From IMG/VR virus record IMGVR_UViG_2548876956_000006: DNA of 36,639 nt. One strand, written 5' to 3'. The position numbers and the translations under genes are program-made. Below, piece by piece: positions 35,938 through 36,639 of the stretch (the stretch's first letter is position 1; each line of letters opens with the position of its first letter). The stretch comes from a virus (Duplodnaviria; Heunggongvirae; Uroviricota; Caudoviricetes). A model generated the notes under the pieces. That model saw only the letters and a list, made by a program, of their open reading frames with translations. It did not search any database and was not told the origin of the DNA.

Positions 35938-35955
35938 TATTACACTTAAAAGTGT
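35938..35955. promoter_or_regulatory. Perfect palindrome TTACACTTAAAAGTGTAA upstream of the cargo ORF (candidate operator)
   Basis: 18-bp dyad about 25-45 bp upstream of the candidate starts; a related dyad CACTTAAAGTG lies at 36063-36073 upstream of ogr. Confidence 0.25.
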
Positions 35956-36133
35956 AAGATAATTGATAAACAAAAATCCTGCCACGTTGTTATTCAAATA
36001 TTGGAAAACTTATCGCCCGTTTAGACTTCATCTAACATCTTCTGACTTTATCACCATCCTTCACTTAAAGTGGGAAGGAGTTGGAATCTGCATTGATGAA
36101 ATTTAGAATAGCACCACCTAAAGGGAGGTTGCT

Positions 36134-36394
36134 ATGTTCCGTTGTCCGCTTTGTGGCGCATCTGCCCGTATCCGCACAAGTCGTCCGGAAAATGATTCAA
36201 ACACCGTCCGGCAAAAGTATTACCAGTGTAACAACCTGGAATGCGGCGTATGCTTCTCAACACTGGAAGCTTTCCATAAATTCACATCGAAACACACCTC
36301 AGGCGTTCGATCTTCAGAAGGTATCCCGTGGCATGAACTGCCAACGTCACACAGGGGAAACAATCAGATGAGTTTGCCTTTACCTCAGAATTAA
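36134..36394 (+). CDS. ogr: Ogr/Delta-family zinc-finger late transcription activator
   Basis: MFRCPLCGASARIRTSR...YYQCNNLECGVCF matches the Ogr C2C2 zinc-finger pattern (P2 Ogr MFHCPLCQHAAHARTSR...YHQCQNVNCSATF as recalled). Confidence 0.85.
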   Translation: MFRCPLCGASARIRTSRPENDSNTVRQKYYQCNNLECGVCFSTLEAFHKFTSKHTSGVRSSEGIPWHELPTSHRGNNQMSLPLPQN

Positions 36395-36639
36395 CGAGCA
36401 GAATTGCCGAAGCAACAAAAAAACGATAGATTACGCGCGGGTGCCTTTCGGCTGATGGTCGGAGGGTATGCCCGAAGGCCAGATGTGGAAAGGCCCCGGA
36501 AAACATCTCTGTTTAACCGAGGCCCTAACCATCTAACCTTAGCAAGTGATAGGTTAGCGCCTCCCCTAAAAAGGAGCAAGCGCTTGTATGGGTCCACCAC
36601 ATATTGCAATTTTTATTCTCTTTTAAAATATATTCCACG

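Noticed and set aside
36081-36371. 96-aa plus-strand ORF overlapping ogr in another frame
   Set aside because: The Ogr zinc-finger frame (36134-36394) is clearly the real one; this alternative frame has no recognisable features.
36391-36609. 72-aa minus-strand ORF downstream of ogr (and 36282-36506)
   Set aside because: Overlaps or lies antisense to ogr and its 3' region; low-complexity translation; no start signals. The region is more likely non-coding phage end.

Overview
The window is almost entirely a P2-like (peduovirus-type) temperate prophage integrated beside a tRNA-Leu gene. Left to right: a short host flank with a Hok-family type I toxin gene (61-201) and a tRNA-operon terminator; a 55-bp tRNA-Leu 3' fragment forming the att junction (1216-1270); then int, a cI-like repressor, early genes, replication gene A, a plasmid-type ParM/ParR module, the cos region, portal and terminase (minus strand), capsid, lysis, baseplate and tail-fibre genes (plus strand), tail sheath/tube/E/tape-measure/U (minus strand), D and ogr. 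No intact tRNA or attR is seen, so the prophage continues past the right edge. The P2 backbone is interrupted by low-GC cargo genes, mostly on the opposite strand: two membrane/periplasmic genes between repressor and int, a membrane protein in the A-cos hotspot, a hexapeptide acetyltransferase next to G, and a ~465-aa ORF between D and ogr. A macro-domain gene is translationally coupled to tail-fibre gene H. The strongest candidates for an undescribed system are the D-ogr cargo ORF, the macro-domain/tail-fibre gene and the repressor-operon membrane cassette. Also noted: the FI-FII-E-T-U block is inverted relative to P2 order, and the E/E' recoding region uses three frames. No rRNA, intact tRNA, CRISPR array or IS element was recognised. 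All family assignments are from reading the translations by eye; no searches were run.
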